32,000 nucleotides of DNA from contig NZ_DASUNC010000037.1 of assembly GCF_036277355.1 (NCBI RefSeq), positions 112,378-144,377 of the forward strand, in the 5' to 3' direction. Below, one piece after another: positions 16,374 to 24,762 of the stretch. This stretch comes from Archangium sp. GTDB lineage: Bacteria; Myxococcota; Myxococcia; Myxococcales; Myxococcaceae. Below the pieces are notes generated by a model. That model was given only the letters and a program-made list of their open reading frames with translations, was not told where the DNA came from and searched no databases. The first letter of the stretch is position 1. Every line of letters begins with the position of its first letter. The position numbers and the translations under genes were made by a program.

Positions 16374-18584
16374 ATGTCCATCGTGGAGTCCCGCCTCGAC
16401 ACCGTGACGCTCTACCATCAGGGCGCGCGGGTAACCCGGTTGCTCTCGCTGGACTGTCCCGGGGGCAAGCCGCCCACGGTGCTGGAGATCCCCCGGCTGC
16501 CGCTGTCCCTGTTCGACGCCACCGTGCGCGTGCGCGTGCTGTCCACGGACAATCCCCAGGCGGACCTTTCCGCCACCAACGTGCGCGTGGGGTTGTGGAT
16601 CCCTCCCCGGGAAGCCCCCCTGGACACGGTGGACGAGGCCGCGCTGCGCTCCCTGCGCCAGCAGGTGCGGACCGTGGAGAGCCAGCTGCGGCAGCTCGAT
16701 TGGGAGATGTCCATCCTCGCCGGCATCCCCGTGCCGGAGCGTCCGGAGCCGGAGGAGGGCAAGCCCCCGCCGCCCGCTCCCCTGGGCGCACGGCTCGCCC
16801 TGGAGCAGTTCTCCCAGGACGGGGTGCAGTCCCGCCTCGTGGAGGCGCGTGCCCTGCGCGAGCAGCTCCGCAAGCTGAGGGAGGACGTGGCCGACCTCGA
16901 GGCCCGGATGGCGAGGGCCTCCACCGCGCGCGAGGTGACCGCGCGGGAGCTCCACAAGTCCGTCCACGTGCAGCTGCGCCACGCAGGCGGCGAGCTCCGG
17001 CGCGCGGAGCTCTCCCTCGAGTATTTCATCCCCGGCGCCCGCTGGGTTCCCTCCTACCAGTGCCGCCTGTCGCGGGACTGCCGGCAGGCGGAGCTGGTCA
17101 CGCGTGCCCTCATCTGCCAGGACTCGGGAGAGGACTGGCGCGGCGTGAAGCTGGTGCTCTCCACCGCCGCCCCCATGAGCTGGACGGAGCTGCCGGAGCT
17201 GTCCTCCATCCGCATCGGCCGCGCCCAGCCTCCGTTGCCCGCTCGCGCCGGTTTCCGCCCGCCCCCGAAGGGCGCCACCGCGCTCTTCTCCGACTATGAC
17301 CGCGACCGCCAGTCCTTGACCGTCCAGGCGCCGTTCATGCCGTCGTACTCGCCGCCCGCGCTGGCGGCCCCCTCGGATCTGGAGGAGGGCGTCGTCTTCG
17401 GCGGAGTGAGTGACGTCATCGAGCAACGCGAGGAGCGGAGGCGGAGCAAGAAGGTCTCGCGCCCGAGCCTCGACGCACTGGACGATGACATGGTCATGGC
17501 CGAGAGGTCGGCCGTGTACAGCGAGGTCTCCGCGGATGAGGGGGAGGTGGCGGCGATGGACGAGCCGGCCTACCCCATGGCACCTCCGCCGGCTCCCGCG
17601 CCCATGGCCGCCCGCCCTGCTCCCGCGCGCTCCAAGGGCGTGTCGCGCGGGGGTCCGGGGGGTCCCGCGAGCGGTGGTGGGGGCCCCTCGCAGGCCGGCC
17701 TGGAGGCGGTGGTCTTCACCCACCTGCGGCTCTCTTCGCCGGCCGATAGCATGCGCAACCGGCTCCAGCCCGTCGACGCGCGGCGCTTCTATCTGGAGTC
17801 GCTGTCCCGGTTCCAGGTGGAGGTGAATTTCGATGTCATGTCCGCGGTGGAGGAGGCCGAGCGGCGTGCCCTCGCCGCGGCCCACCAGGGGCTTCCGGCC
17901 GGCACCTCGGACGTCCGGGCGGCCAGTGGCCACTTCGACTTCAGCTACACGGCCGATGCCACGGTGGACGTCCCGTCCGACAACACCTTCCACTCCGTGG
18001 CCGTGGGCACGCGCACCGGCGAGTCCAGTGTCCTCTACGTGGCCGTCCCGCGCGAGGACAGCAACGTCTACCGCCAGGCGCAGGTGACGAACCCGCTGTC
18101 CGCTCCCATGCTGCCGGGCCCGGCCGAGGTCTACGTGGGCGGCGAGTATGTGCTCTCCACCACGCTGCCCTCGGTGCCCCCGCGTGGCGAGTTCAAGCTG
18201 GGCCTGGGCGTGGAGCAGGCCATCCGCTGCGCGCGCAACACCCGCTTCAGCGAGGCCCGCAGCGGCGAGAAGATCGTCGCGACGACGGAGCTGTGGCACG
18301 ACATCCTCATCGACCTCGTCAACAACCTGGACCGGGAGATCGTCTGCGAGGTCCGCGAGCGCATTCCCCAGCCCGCGCCGAACGCGGAGGTGGTGGTCGA
18401 GGAGAGCACCGTCACCCCCGCGTGGGAGCCCTATGCGCAGGAGGAGCGTGGCAGTGTGCTCGAGGGAGGACGCCGCTGGCGCCTCACCGTCCCCGCCAAC
18501 GGGACGAGCAAGCTGTCCGCCCGGTACGTGGTGAAGCTGTATGCCAACAACGAGCTCAACGGCGGCAACCGCCGGGAGGCCTGA
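16374..18584 (+). CDS. DUF4140/DUF4139 (MuiA-like, TIGR02231-type) protein, long paralog with a disordered insert
   Basis: Track ORF 16374..18584, with GGGAGGG upstream. N-terminal VTLYHQGARVTR, then a coiled-coil stretch (LRQQVRTVESQLRQLDWE...LREQLRKLREDVADLEARMA), YFIPGARWVPSYQCRL, GEDWRGVKLVLSTAAP, and C-terminal LPGPAEVYVGGEYVLSTTLPSVPPRGEFKLGLGVEQ. No signal peptide. Confidence 0.8.
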   Translation: MSIVESRLDTVTLYHQGARVTRLLSLDCPGGKPPTVLEIPRLPLSLFDATVRVRVLSTDNPQADLSATNVRVGLWIPPREAPLDTVDEAALRSLRQQVRTVESQLRQLDWEMSILAGIPVPERPEPEEGKPPPPAPLGARLALEQFSQDGVQSRLVEARALREQLRKLREDVADLEARMARASTAREVTARELHKSVHVQLRHAGGELRRAELSLEYFIPGARWVPSYQCRLSRDCRQAELVTRALICQDSGEDWRGVKLVLSTAAPMSWTELPELSSIRIGRAQPPLPARAGFRPPPKGATALFSDYDRDRQSLTVQAPFMPSYSPPALAAPSDLEEGVVFGGVSDVIEQREERRRSKKVSRPSLDALDDDMVMAERSAVYSEVSADEGEVAAMDEPAYPMAPPPAPAPMAARPAPARSKGVSRGGPGGPASGGGGPSQAGLEAVVFTHLRLSSPADSMRNRLQPVDARRFYLESLSRFQVEVNFDVMSAVEEAERRALAAAHQGLPAGTSDVRAASGHFDFSYTADATVDVPSDNTFHSVAVGTRTGESSVLYVAVPREDSNVYRQAQVTNPLSAPMLPGPAEVYVGGEYVLSTTLPSVPPRGEFKLGLGVEQAIRCARNTRFSEARSGEKIVATTELWHDILIDLVNNLDREIVCEVRERIPQPAPNAEVVVEESTVTPAWEPYAQEERGSVLEGGRRWRLTVPANGTSKLSARYVVKLYANNELNGGNRREA

Positions 18585-18585
18585 C

Positions 18586-20205
18586 ATGAGCACGGCCATC
18601 CAGACCCTGGGTGTGGAGCGCTACGAGCCCGCCTTCCCCGAGGCGGCTCCCGTCCTGGACGCGCCGGTGCGCGTCGTGACGTTGCTGGAGGATCGGGCGC
18701 AGGTGACTCGCGGCGGCACGGTGCGCGTGCGCGCGGGGCAGAACCGCGTCGTGGTCCAGGGCGTGGCTCCGGTGATGCAGGACGTGTCCCTGCGCGCCGA
18801 GGTCATCTCCGGACGGGCCCGTGTGGCGGACGTGCGCGTCCGCCGCAGCCTGCGCATCCGGATGGCGGACAAGCCCGAGGCGGCGCGGGTGCTCGAGGAG
18901 CGCATCGAGGCCCTGCGGCGCGAGCGCGAGCAGGTGCTGGAGGACCAGGCCCGCGCCCGTGCTCGCTTCGATCGCGTCCAGCGGATGCTGGTGCTCGGCG
19001 CCTCGGAGATTCCCGAGGACGCGGGGTGGGGCATGGGTGCCGCGGCCCAGTGGCAGGACACGTTCGATTCCCTGTTCCGCAAGGCCCGCCAGCTGCGCGA
19101 GGCGGCGCTGAAGGCCACCTTCACCGCGGAGCGGCTGGCCGAGGAGATCGCCGCCGTGACGCGCCAGCGTCAGGCGATGGCTCGCGTGGACCAGCAGGTG
19201 GTGGGCTGGCTGGAGGTGGACGTGCTCGCCGAGGCCGAGGGCGAGGTGGAGGTCCGCATCCACTACGTGGTGCCCAACGCCCTGTGGCGGCCGCTGCACT
19301 CGGCGCGCCTGCTGGAGGGGAAGCGGATCCTCTTCGCCTCGTCCGCCGCGGTCTGGCAGGACACCGGCGAGGACTGGAAGGAGGCGGAGCTGCGCTTCTC
19401 CACGGCGCGCTCCTCGCTGGGCATCGAGCCGCCCCTGCTGCAGGCGGACCTGCTCACCGTGAAGAAGAAGAGCGAGACGGTGGTGGTGCAGGCCCGGCAG
19501 GTCCAGGTGCAGAAGGCCGGACTGGGCAGTTCGCCTGCCTCGGGCGGGGCCGCTCCGGCGGCACCCTCCGCCCTGGATCTGCCCGGCGTGGATGATGGCG
19601 GGGAGACGCGCAACCTGAGGGCGCCCGGACGGAACACCATCGTCTCGGATGGGAGGCCCCACATCATTCCGCTCTTCACCTTCGAGGCCGAGGCGGAGTC
19701 GTCGCTCGTGGCCTTCCCGGAGCTGGAGACGCAGGTGTTCCTGCGGGCGGTGGCGCGCAACACCTCGCCCAACCCGGTGCTGGCGGGGCCGGTGGAGCTG
19801 CTGCAGGAGAACGGCTTCGTGGGCTGGACCCAGACGCTGTTCGTGGCGCCCCAGGAGAAGTTCGAGCTGAGCTTCGGCCCGGAGGAGTCCATCCGCATCC
19901 AGCGCGAGGCGAAGCGGGAGAGCGAGCTCCACCCGGTGAGCAAGTGGAACGAGACCACGATGCGGCTCACCCTCTACCTCTCCAACCTGTCGGGGAGCGC
20001 GCGCTCCGTGGCGGTCTCCGAGCGCCTGCCCGTGTCGGAGATCGAGCACGTGAAGGTGGAGTTGGACCGCGAGAAGACCAGCGGCGTGCCGGTGCTCGAC
20101 GAGAACGGCTTCTGCACATGGAAGGTCGAGCTGCCCGCCAACGGTCATGCCCGGCTGCACCTGGTGTTCAAGGTCTCCACGGCACCGGGCGTGCAGAGCG
20201 CCTGA
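18586..20205 (+). CDS. DUF4140/DUF4139 (MuiA-like) protein, short paralog
   Basis: Track ORF 18541..20205, trimmed to ATG 18586 (GGGAGG upstream), one nt after the preceding TGA. Blocks parallel the upstream paralog: VVTLLEDRAQVTRGG, a coiled coil, YVVPNALWRPLHSARL, GEDWKEAELRFSTARS, and LAGPVELLQENGFVGWTQTLFVAPQEKFELSFGPEE. Confidence 0.8.
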   Translation: MSTAIQTLGVERYEPAFPEAAPVLDAPVRVVTLLEDRAQVTRGGTVRVRAGQNRVVVQGVAPVMQDVSLRAEVISGRARVADVRVRRSLRIRMADKPEAARVLEERIEALRREREQVLEDQARARARFDRVQRMLVLGASEIPEDAGWGMGAAAQWQDTFDSLFRKARQLREAALKATFTAERLAEEIAAVTRQRQAMARVDQQVVGWLEVDVLAEAEGEVEVRIHYVVPNALWRPLHSARLLEGKRILFASSAAVWQDTGEDWKEAELRFSTARSSLGIEPPLLQADLLTVKKKSETVVVQARQVQVQKAGLGSSPASGGAAPAAPSALDLPGVDDGGETRNLRAPGRNTIVSDGRPHIIPLFTFEAEAESSLVAFPELETQVFLRAVARNTSPNPVLAGPVELLQENGFVGWTQTLFVAPQEKFELSFGPEESIRIQREAKRESELHPVSKWNETTMRLTLYLSNLSGSARSVAVSERLPVSEIEHVKVELDREKTSGVPVLDENGFCTWKVELPANGHARLHLVFKVSTAPGVQSA

Positions 20206-21207
20206 GTCGAGAACGGCCTGTGGCGGCTCGACGCCGCCAGCGGCACCACCAACGCCTGGGGCGCGATGGCTGGACAGAGTGGACTCCCGCTGGTGAGCGG
20301 CCAGACGTACACCCTGTCCTTCACCGCCTCCGCCTCGGCGAGCGTGAGCATCCTCACCACGGTGCAACTGGACAGCGCCCCCTACACGGCCACCCTGAGC
20401 AAGCAGGTCGCGCTCGACGGCACGTCGCGGCGCTATTCGTTCCCCTTCACCTCGTCCGTGAGCTCCGCTCAGGGGCAGGTGACCTTCCAGTTGGGCGGCC
20501 GTGGTGCCCTTACCGTCCGGCTCGACGACATCTCGCTCACCCTGGTGGCCTACAACATCCCCGGCCGTGACTGCGGCAGTCACTCGGGCGGCGGCGCGGG
20601 CTCTCCCGATGCCTACCGCTCGTGGATCTCCGCTTTCGTCTCGGGCCTCGGTGCCCGTCCCGCCATCGTGCTCATCGAGCCGGATGCACTGGCCCAACTC
20701 GACTGCCTGCCGAGCGACTGGGACCGGCAGACCCGGTTGGATCTGCTGCGCTACGCCACCGAGCAACTGCGCGATCGCGCGCCCAACACGTGGGCCTACA
20801 TGGACGGAGGCAACGCGCGGTGGATTGCACCCGACACCATGGCGCAGCGGCTGCAGTCGGCCGGGGTGGGCAACATCCGGGGCTTCGTGGCCAACGTCTC
20901 CAACTTCTACACCACGTCCGAGACGGTCACCTACGGCAACGCGGTCAACGCCGCCCTGTCCAGCCGCTACGGCTACACCCGGCCCTTCGCGGTGGACACC
21001 AGCCGCAACGGCAATGGCTCCAACGGGGAGTGGTGCAACCCGGCCGGACGCAAGCTGGGGACTCCGACGCAGGCGGGCGGTGGCGCGGAGTTGCTGCTGT
21101 GGGTGAAGGTCCCCGGCGACTCGGATGGCCAGTGCGGCATCGCCCCGGGGACGCCCGCGGGCCAGTTCGACCCGGAGCTCGCCTGGCGGCTCATCCACGG
21201 CACCTGA
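20206..21207 (+). pseudogene. Remnant of a CBM-GH6 cellulase: a carbohydrate-binding-module fragment fused directly to the C-terminal ~220 aa of a GH6 catalytic domain
   Basis: Track ORF 20266..21207; the frame is open back to 20206. LVAYNIPGRDCGSHSGGGAGSPDAYRSWISAFVSGL...IEPDALAQL...DTSRNGNG..EWCNP.GRKLGTP...LLWVKVPGDSDG aligns from memory to Thermobifida-type Cel6A, from the YNxPGRDC block onward. The ~75 aa of the catalytic domain that normally precede this block are absent, as are a linker and a signal peptide. Confidence 0.6.
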
Positions 21208-21278
21208 GCCGGCTCAGGAAACGTTCCGCGCGACGTGAACGGCGGTCACTCGAACCGGAACGTGTAACTCCGTCATCT

Positions 21279-21325
21279 GGGACCCACCCTCCAGGGCGAT
21301 GTCTCCTGCCCTGAGGGTGGGTCCC
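21279..21325 (+). terminator. Strong stem-loop downstream of the GH6 remnant
   Basis: GGGACCCACCCTCCAGGGC (21279-21297), a 10-nt loop, then GCCCTGAGGGTGGGTCCC (21308-21325). That gives 18 paired positions with one bulged C, followed by GTTGT. Confidence 0.45.
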
Positions 21326-21425
21326 GTTGTCATGCCATGAGCACGAGGGGAGTACCGGGAGGGCATTGTTGACACACTCCTGTCGAAGCCACCTTGACGT
21401 ACATCTCGTCGTGGAGGGTCTTCAT

Positions 21426-22451
21426 ATGGCAACCAGGCATTTCTTCCCTCGTCGAATCCTGGCCCTGTTGGCCATCTCGTTCTCGGCCCATGCGTTCGCT
21501 TCCGTGAGGGCCGCCGGCACCTTCGAGGCCGTGCGCTCCTGTGAGGCCTTCAAGTCCTTCAAGAAGGGCACCAATCCCGGGTTCGTCCGGCTGGAGCCGG
21601 GACAGAGCTATGCCATCGAGGAGCTCAACGAGCAGAACTGGGATTGGATACGCGTCAACGTCCCGGACGTGCGGGAGCCGAGCCGGTGGGTGTCCAAGGA
21701 ATGCGGCGTGGTCCAGCTCGTTCCAGGGGAAACCGGTCCGTCCGGGCCCGGTGTCAAACCGCCCCAGCAAGAGACACCCGGCGGGCGGGCCCAGTGCCAC
21801 ACCGCCAACACCTACGACAGCAACGTGCTCTCCATGAGCTGGCAGCCCGGCTTCTGCGAACACGCCAGCTTCCACGGAACGAAACCGGAGTGCCAGGCGC
21901 TCCAGAGCGGTGAGCTCTCCATCTCGCACCTCACGATCCATGGGCTGTGGCCCAACAAGAAGTCCTGTGGAACCCGCTACGGAGACTGCCGGCAGGTTCC
22001 GCTCTCGCTCTCCGAGGACACCCTGGCGGAGGTGGGGCCGTGGATGCCGAACCTCATGTTCGGGACGGATTTCGCCACCCATGAATGGGACAAGCACGGC
22101 ACCTGTCAGGCCCGGCAGGATGATGAGTATTTCCTCACCATCAAGCAGTTGACCGAGCTCGTCGATCGTTCCGCGATCGGTGAGTTCATCCGCTCCAACA
22201 TCGGCAAGGAGATGAGCGTGAGCGACTTCTTCGCCGACGTGCGGCGTGAGCTCGGCCCCGACGTGGAGCAGCGGATTCAGTTGCTGTGCGCGGGAGGGCG
22301 GTTCCTGCAGGAGGTTCGGCTGAGCCTGCCGCGGGACATCGTTCCCAGCCCGGACATCGCCAAGATGACGCAGGGCGCGCCGCGGATGGGCTCGAAAACG
22401 AGCAACTGCAACACCGACACCATCTACATCGAGCGCTCGGGCAAGGACTGA
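21426..22451 (+). CDS. Secreted RNase T2-family ribonuclease with an N-terminal SH3-like domain
   Basis: Track ORF 21327..22451, trimmed to ATG 21426 (GGAGGG 7 nt upstream). Signal peptide MATRHFFPRRILALLAISFSAHAFA. Catalytic CAS I LTIHGLWPN and CAS II THEWDKHGTC. Confidence 0.88.
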   Translation: MATRHFFPRRILALLAISFSAHAFASVRAAGTFEAVRSCEAFKSFKKGTNPGFVRLEPGQSYAIEELNEQNWDWIRVNVPDVREPSRWVSKECGVVQLVPGETGPSGPGVKPPQQETPGGRAQCHTANTYDSNVLSMSWQPGFCEHASFHGTKPECQALQSGELSISHLTIHGLWPNKKSCGTRYGDCRQVPLSLSEDTLAEVGPWMPNLMFGTDFATHEWDKHGTCQARQDDEYFLTIKQLTELVDRSAIGEFIRSNIGKEMSVSDFFADVRRELGPDVEQRIQLLCAGGRFLQEVRLSLPRDIVPSPDIAKMTQGAPRMGSKTSNCNTDTIYIERSGKD

Positions 22452-22485
22452 GGGGACGCCCGGCGCGAGCGCGGGGAGAGAGGGA

Positions 22486-22514
22486 GCGCCAGGCTTCGTC
22501 ACGGTGCCTGGCGC
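22486..22514. terminator. Perfect 9-bp GC hairpin between convergent genes
   Basis: GCGCCAGGC (22486-22494), an 11-nt loop, then GCCTGGCGC (22506-22514). It lies between the RNase T2 stop and the propeller lipoprotein stop. Confidence 0.4.
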
Positions 22515-22547
22515 CCCGGATGTCTCCAGAGCGCGCTCGCCTCGGCG

Positions 22548-24512
22548 CTACGGCGTTGGCCGAGGCTGGCGCAGGATGGCCCCCTGCGCCCCCGAGACCC
22601 ACAGCTCCCTGCCCACCGGCGTCACGCCGTAGAGGTCCAGGGTGGTGGGGAGGGCCATGCGCCGCCACGAGGCGCCGTCCCAGTGCAGCAGCGCCCCTCC
22701 CGTGCCCACGGCGTACACCTCGCTCGTGCAGCGGCCCGTGACCGCCAGCAGGCGCTCGATGCCCTGGAGCGCGTCGCTCGACACCTCGCTCCAGTCCTTT
22801 CCATCCCAGTGGAAGAGGCCCGCCGTGTCGCCCTTGCGGCCCACGGCCCACATGTCACGGCGCCAGGAGCCCCACAACGCGGACGCGGTGAAGCCGGGCG
22901 TCGGGTGCTCCTGCCAGCCCTCGCCGTCCCAGTGCAGCAGCTTCCCGGTGCCGGCCACCCACGTGTCCTTCGGGCCGTGGGTCCACACGGCGAACAGCTC
23001 GCCCTGGCCCTCGAGCGCGATGCGCCACGCCTGGCCCTCCCACGCCCAGACGCGCTGCTGGTCCATCGCCCAGACGTTGTCCCGCGCGCTGGCGTGGACA
23101 CGGGTCCTCCAGGGCTCCGGGTCTCCGGGGAGCAGGCCCTGCAACGGTTGGATGCCCGTGCCGGAGACCGTGAACTGGGGGGAGCTGACGGTGCGGCGGG
23201 GGGGCGGGATCAGGTGCGCATGCCAGGTGCCCTCGGACGTCGCCCACGTCGACGCGGCCACGTCGACGCGGGACGGCCCGCCCGGGTTGGCCCAGACCAC
23301 GGCCCCATCGGGGCTGGCCGAGAGCTCCACGAAGTACGCCTCACGAACCGAGGGGGTGCTGGGACTGTAGGCCGCGGGAAGGCCGCGCAGCTGGCGCTGG
23401 TCCCGCCAGGCGCTTCCGTCCCAGCGCAGGATGGCTCCCTCGTCCCCCACGGCCCAGAGGTCGGACGGGCCCGACCCACCGGTGGTGTGCACGTTCCACA
23501 GCGAGGAGGTGCGCCGGGTCGACGTGTCCGTCCTGGGCTCCTCGAGGGTCGTCCACGTGCTGCCATCCCAGTGAAGGATCTGCTTGGACGCCATGCTCGG
23601 GGCCCAGGTCTGGTAGACGAAGACCCAGGCGTCGTTGGCGCCGCCCACCCAGAGGCCCGAGTAGGTGCTGATGCCCGAGCTGGGGGGCGGCGGGATGCGC
23701 TCCTCGCTCCAGGCTCCGTCCTTCCAGAAGTAGGACTCAGGTTGGGCGCCGAAGGTCACCCACCGCCCGGAGTTCCGCTCCCACATGCCCACGGGAGTCG
23801 TGGTGGCGGCGACCTCGGAAGGCACGGCCTGGGCCGCACAGCCCGTGGGCGTGCAGCGCAGCAGCCCGGCATCCTCGACACCGACCCACACGTCATCGGC
23901 CGATAGGACCGACACGCCCCTCAGGTTCGCCGAGGTGCCGCTGGGCACCAGGGCCCACGCGCTGCCGTTCCAGCGCAACAGGCGCCCGCTCTTGCCCGCG
24001 GCCCACACCTCATGGGACGAAGCGCCCTCCACGGAGAGCAGGTCCACGGCGTCCCCGGGGGCCGGGACGGCCGTCCACGCGGAGCCATCGAAGTGCAGGA
24101 GCGTCCCCGCGTCGCCCACGGCCCAGAGGTCGGCCGGACTCGCGCCCCAGATGCCGCGGAGTGTCTGCGAGGTGGGCGTGGACTGCCACGTCCACTGGCC
24201 CTGCGGCGCCTGGTGCAGCACCGTGCCGGCCTGGCCCGCCATCCAGACCCCCCCGGTGGGGTGCGCCCAGACGGCATGGAGGTGGTGGCCCTGGGGCTCA
24301 TGACTCACCCAGCACCAGCCATCGCGGCACGAGCCGGTGCCGGTGGTGGGGACCGCGGCGGGCAAGGGGAGTGCGTCGAGCTCCGCGGCCGTGGGACACG
24401 CGGGGGCCTTCTCGATGTCCGGGGCGGGCGGCTCCTCCCGCTTGCAGCCATTCGTCCAGGTGAGCAGGCACGCGAGCGCGAGCGCCGCGCGCGACAGGTA
24501 GGGTCGTGACAT
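22548..24512 (-). CDS. Lipoprotein with about a dozen beta-propeller-type repeats (WxVG..G.LLHWDGxxW)
   Basis: Track ORF 22548..24869, trimmed to ATG 24512 (GAGGGAA upstream). Lipobox in MSRPYLSRAALALACLLTWTNGC. Repeats include LWAVGDAGTLLHFDGSAWT, VWAAGKSGRLLRWNGSAWA, LWAVGDEGAILRWDGSAWR, TWVAGTGKLLHWDGEGWQ, and VYAVGTGGALLHWDGASWR. Confidence 0.8.
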   Translation of the reverse strand: MSRPYLSRAALALACLLTWTNGCKREEPPAPDIEKAPACPTAAELDALPLPAAVPTTGTGSCRDGWCWVSHEPQGHHLHAVWAHPTGGVWMAGQAGTVLHQAPQGQWTWQSTPTSQTLRGIWGASPADLWAVGDAGTLLHFDGSAWTAVPAPGDAVDLLSVEGASSHEVWAAGKSGRLLRWNGSAWALVPSGTSANLRGVSVLSADDVWVGVEDAGLLRCTPTGCAAQAVPSEVAATTTPVGMWERNSGRWVTFGAQPESYFWKDGAWSEERIPPPPSSGISTYSGLWVGGANDAWVFVYQTWAPSMASKQILHWDGSTWTTLEEPRTDTSTRRTSSLWNVHTTGGSGPSDLWAVGDEGAILRWDGSAWRDQRQLRGLPAAYSPSTPSVREAYFVELSASPDGAVVWANPGGPSRVDVAASTWATSEGTWHAHLIPPPRRTVSSPQFTVSGTGIQPLQGLLPGDPEPWRTRVHASARDNVWAMDQQRVWAWEGQAWRIALEGQGELFAVWTHGPKDTWVAGTGKLLHWDGEGWQEHPTPGFTASALWGSWRRDMWAVGRKGDTAGLFHWDGKDWSEVSSDALQGIERLLAVTGRCTSEVYAVGTGGALLHWDGASWRRMALPTTLDLYGVTPVGRELWVSGAQGAILRQPRPTP

Positions 24513-24762
24513 GGAGTTCCCTCGACTGCCAGGGACTGCCGGCCACTGCCCTGGTGGAGGCCGGACTGTCGCTGAAAATCCCCCAGAAGGGGAGGCGAAA
24601 TCGGGCGGCCCATACCTCGCGGAGATGGTTGGCGGTGTCCGCGAAGGCCGCGGCCGCGGGCTGCCGGGGTGATCCCTCCAGGCCCCTCCTGGCCCCGGGG
24701 AGGGGTTCATGGATGAACTCCGTGGCGGAGTGCGTTGCTCCAGGCTACGGAGTGTCTGAACC

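Noticed and set aside
20203-20205. Programmed TGA readthrough fusing the second DUF4139 protein to the CBM-GH6 segment
   Set aside because: Sharing a frame has a one-in-three chance. The downstream part is a truncated secreted-enzyme remnant with no functional logic as a fusion, and no recoding signal or selenocysteine-type structure is evident. It is kept only as a note inside the pseudogene finding.
15948-21198. Two minus-strand ORFs of 883 aa and 880 aa (15948..18599 and 18556..21198)
   Set aside because: They are antisense to the two DUF4139 genes and the GH6 remnant. Their composition is dominated by R/G/A/H/L, with no motifs. The plus-strand genes have family-specific blocks and proper RBS-start spacing.
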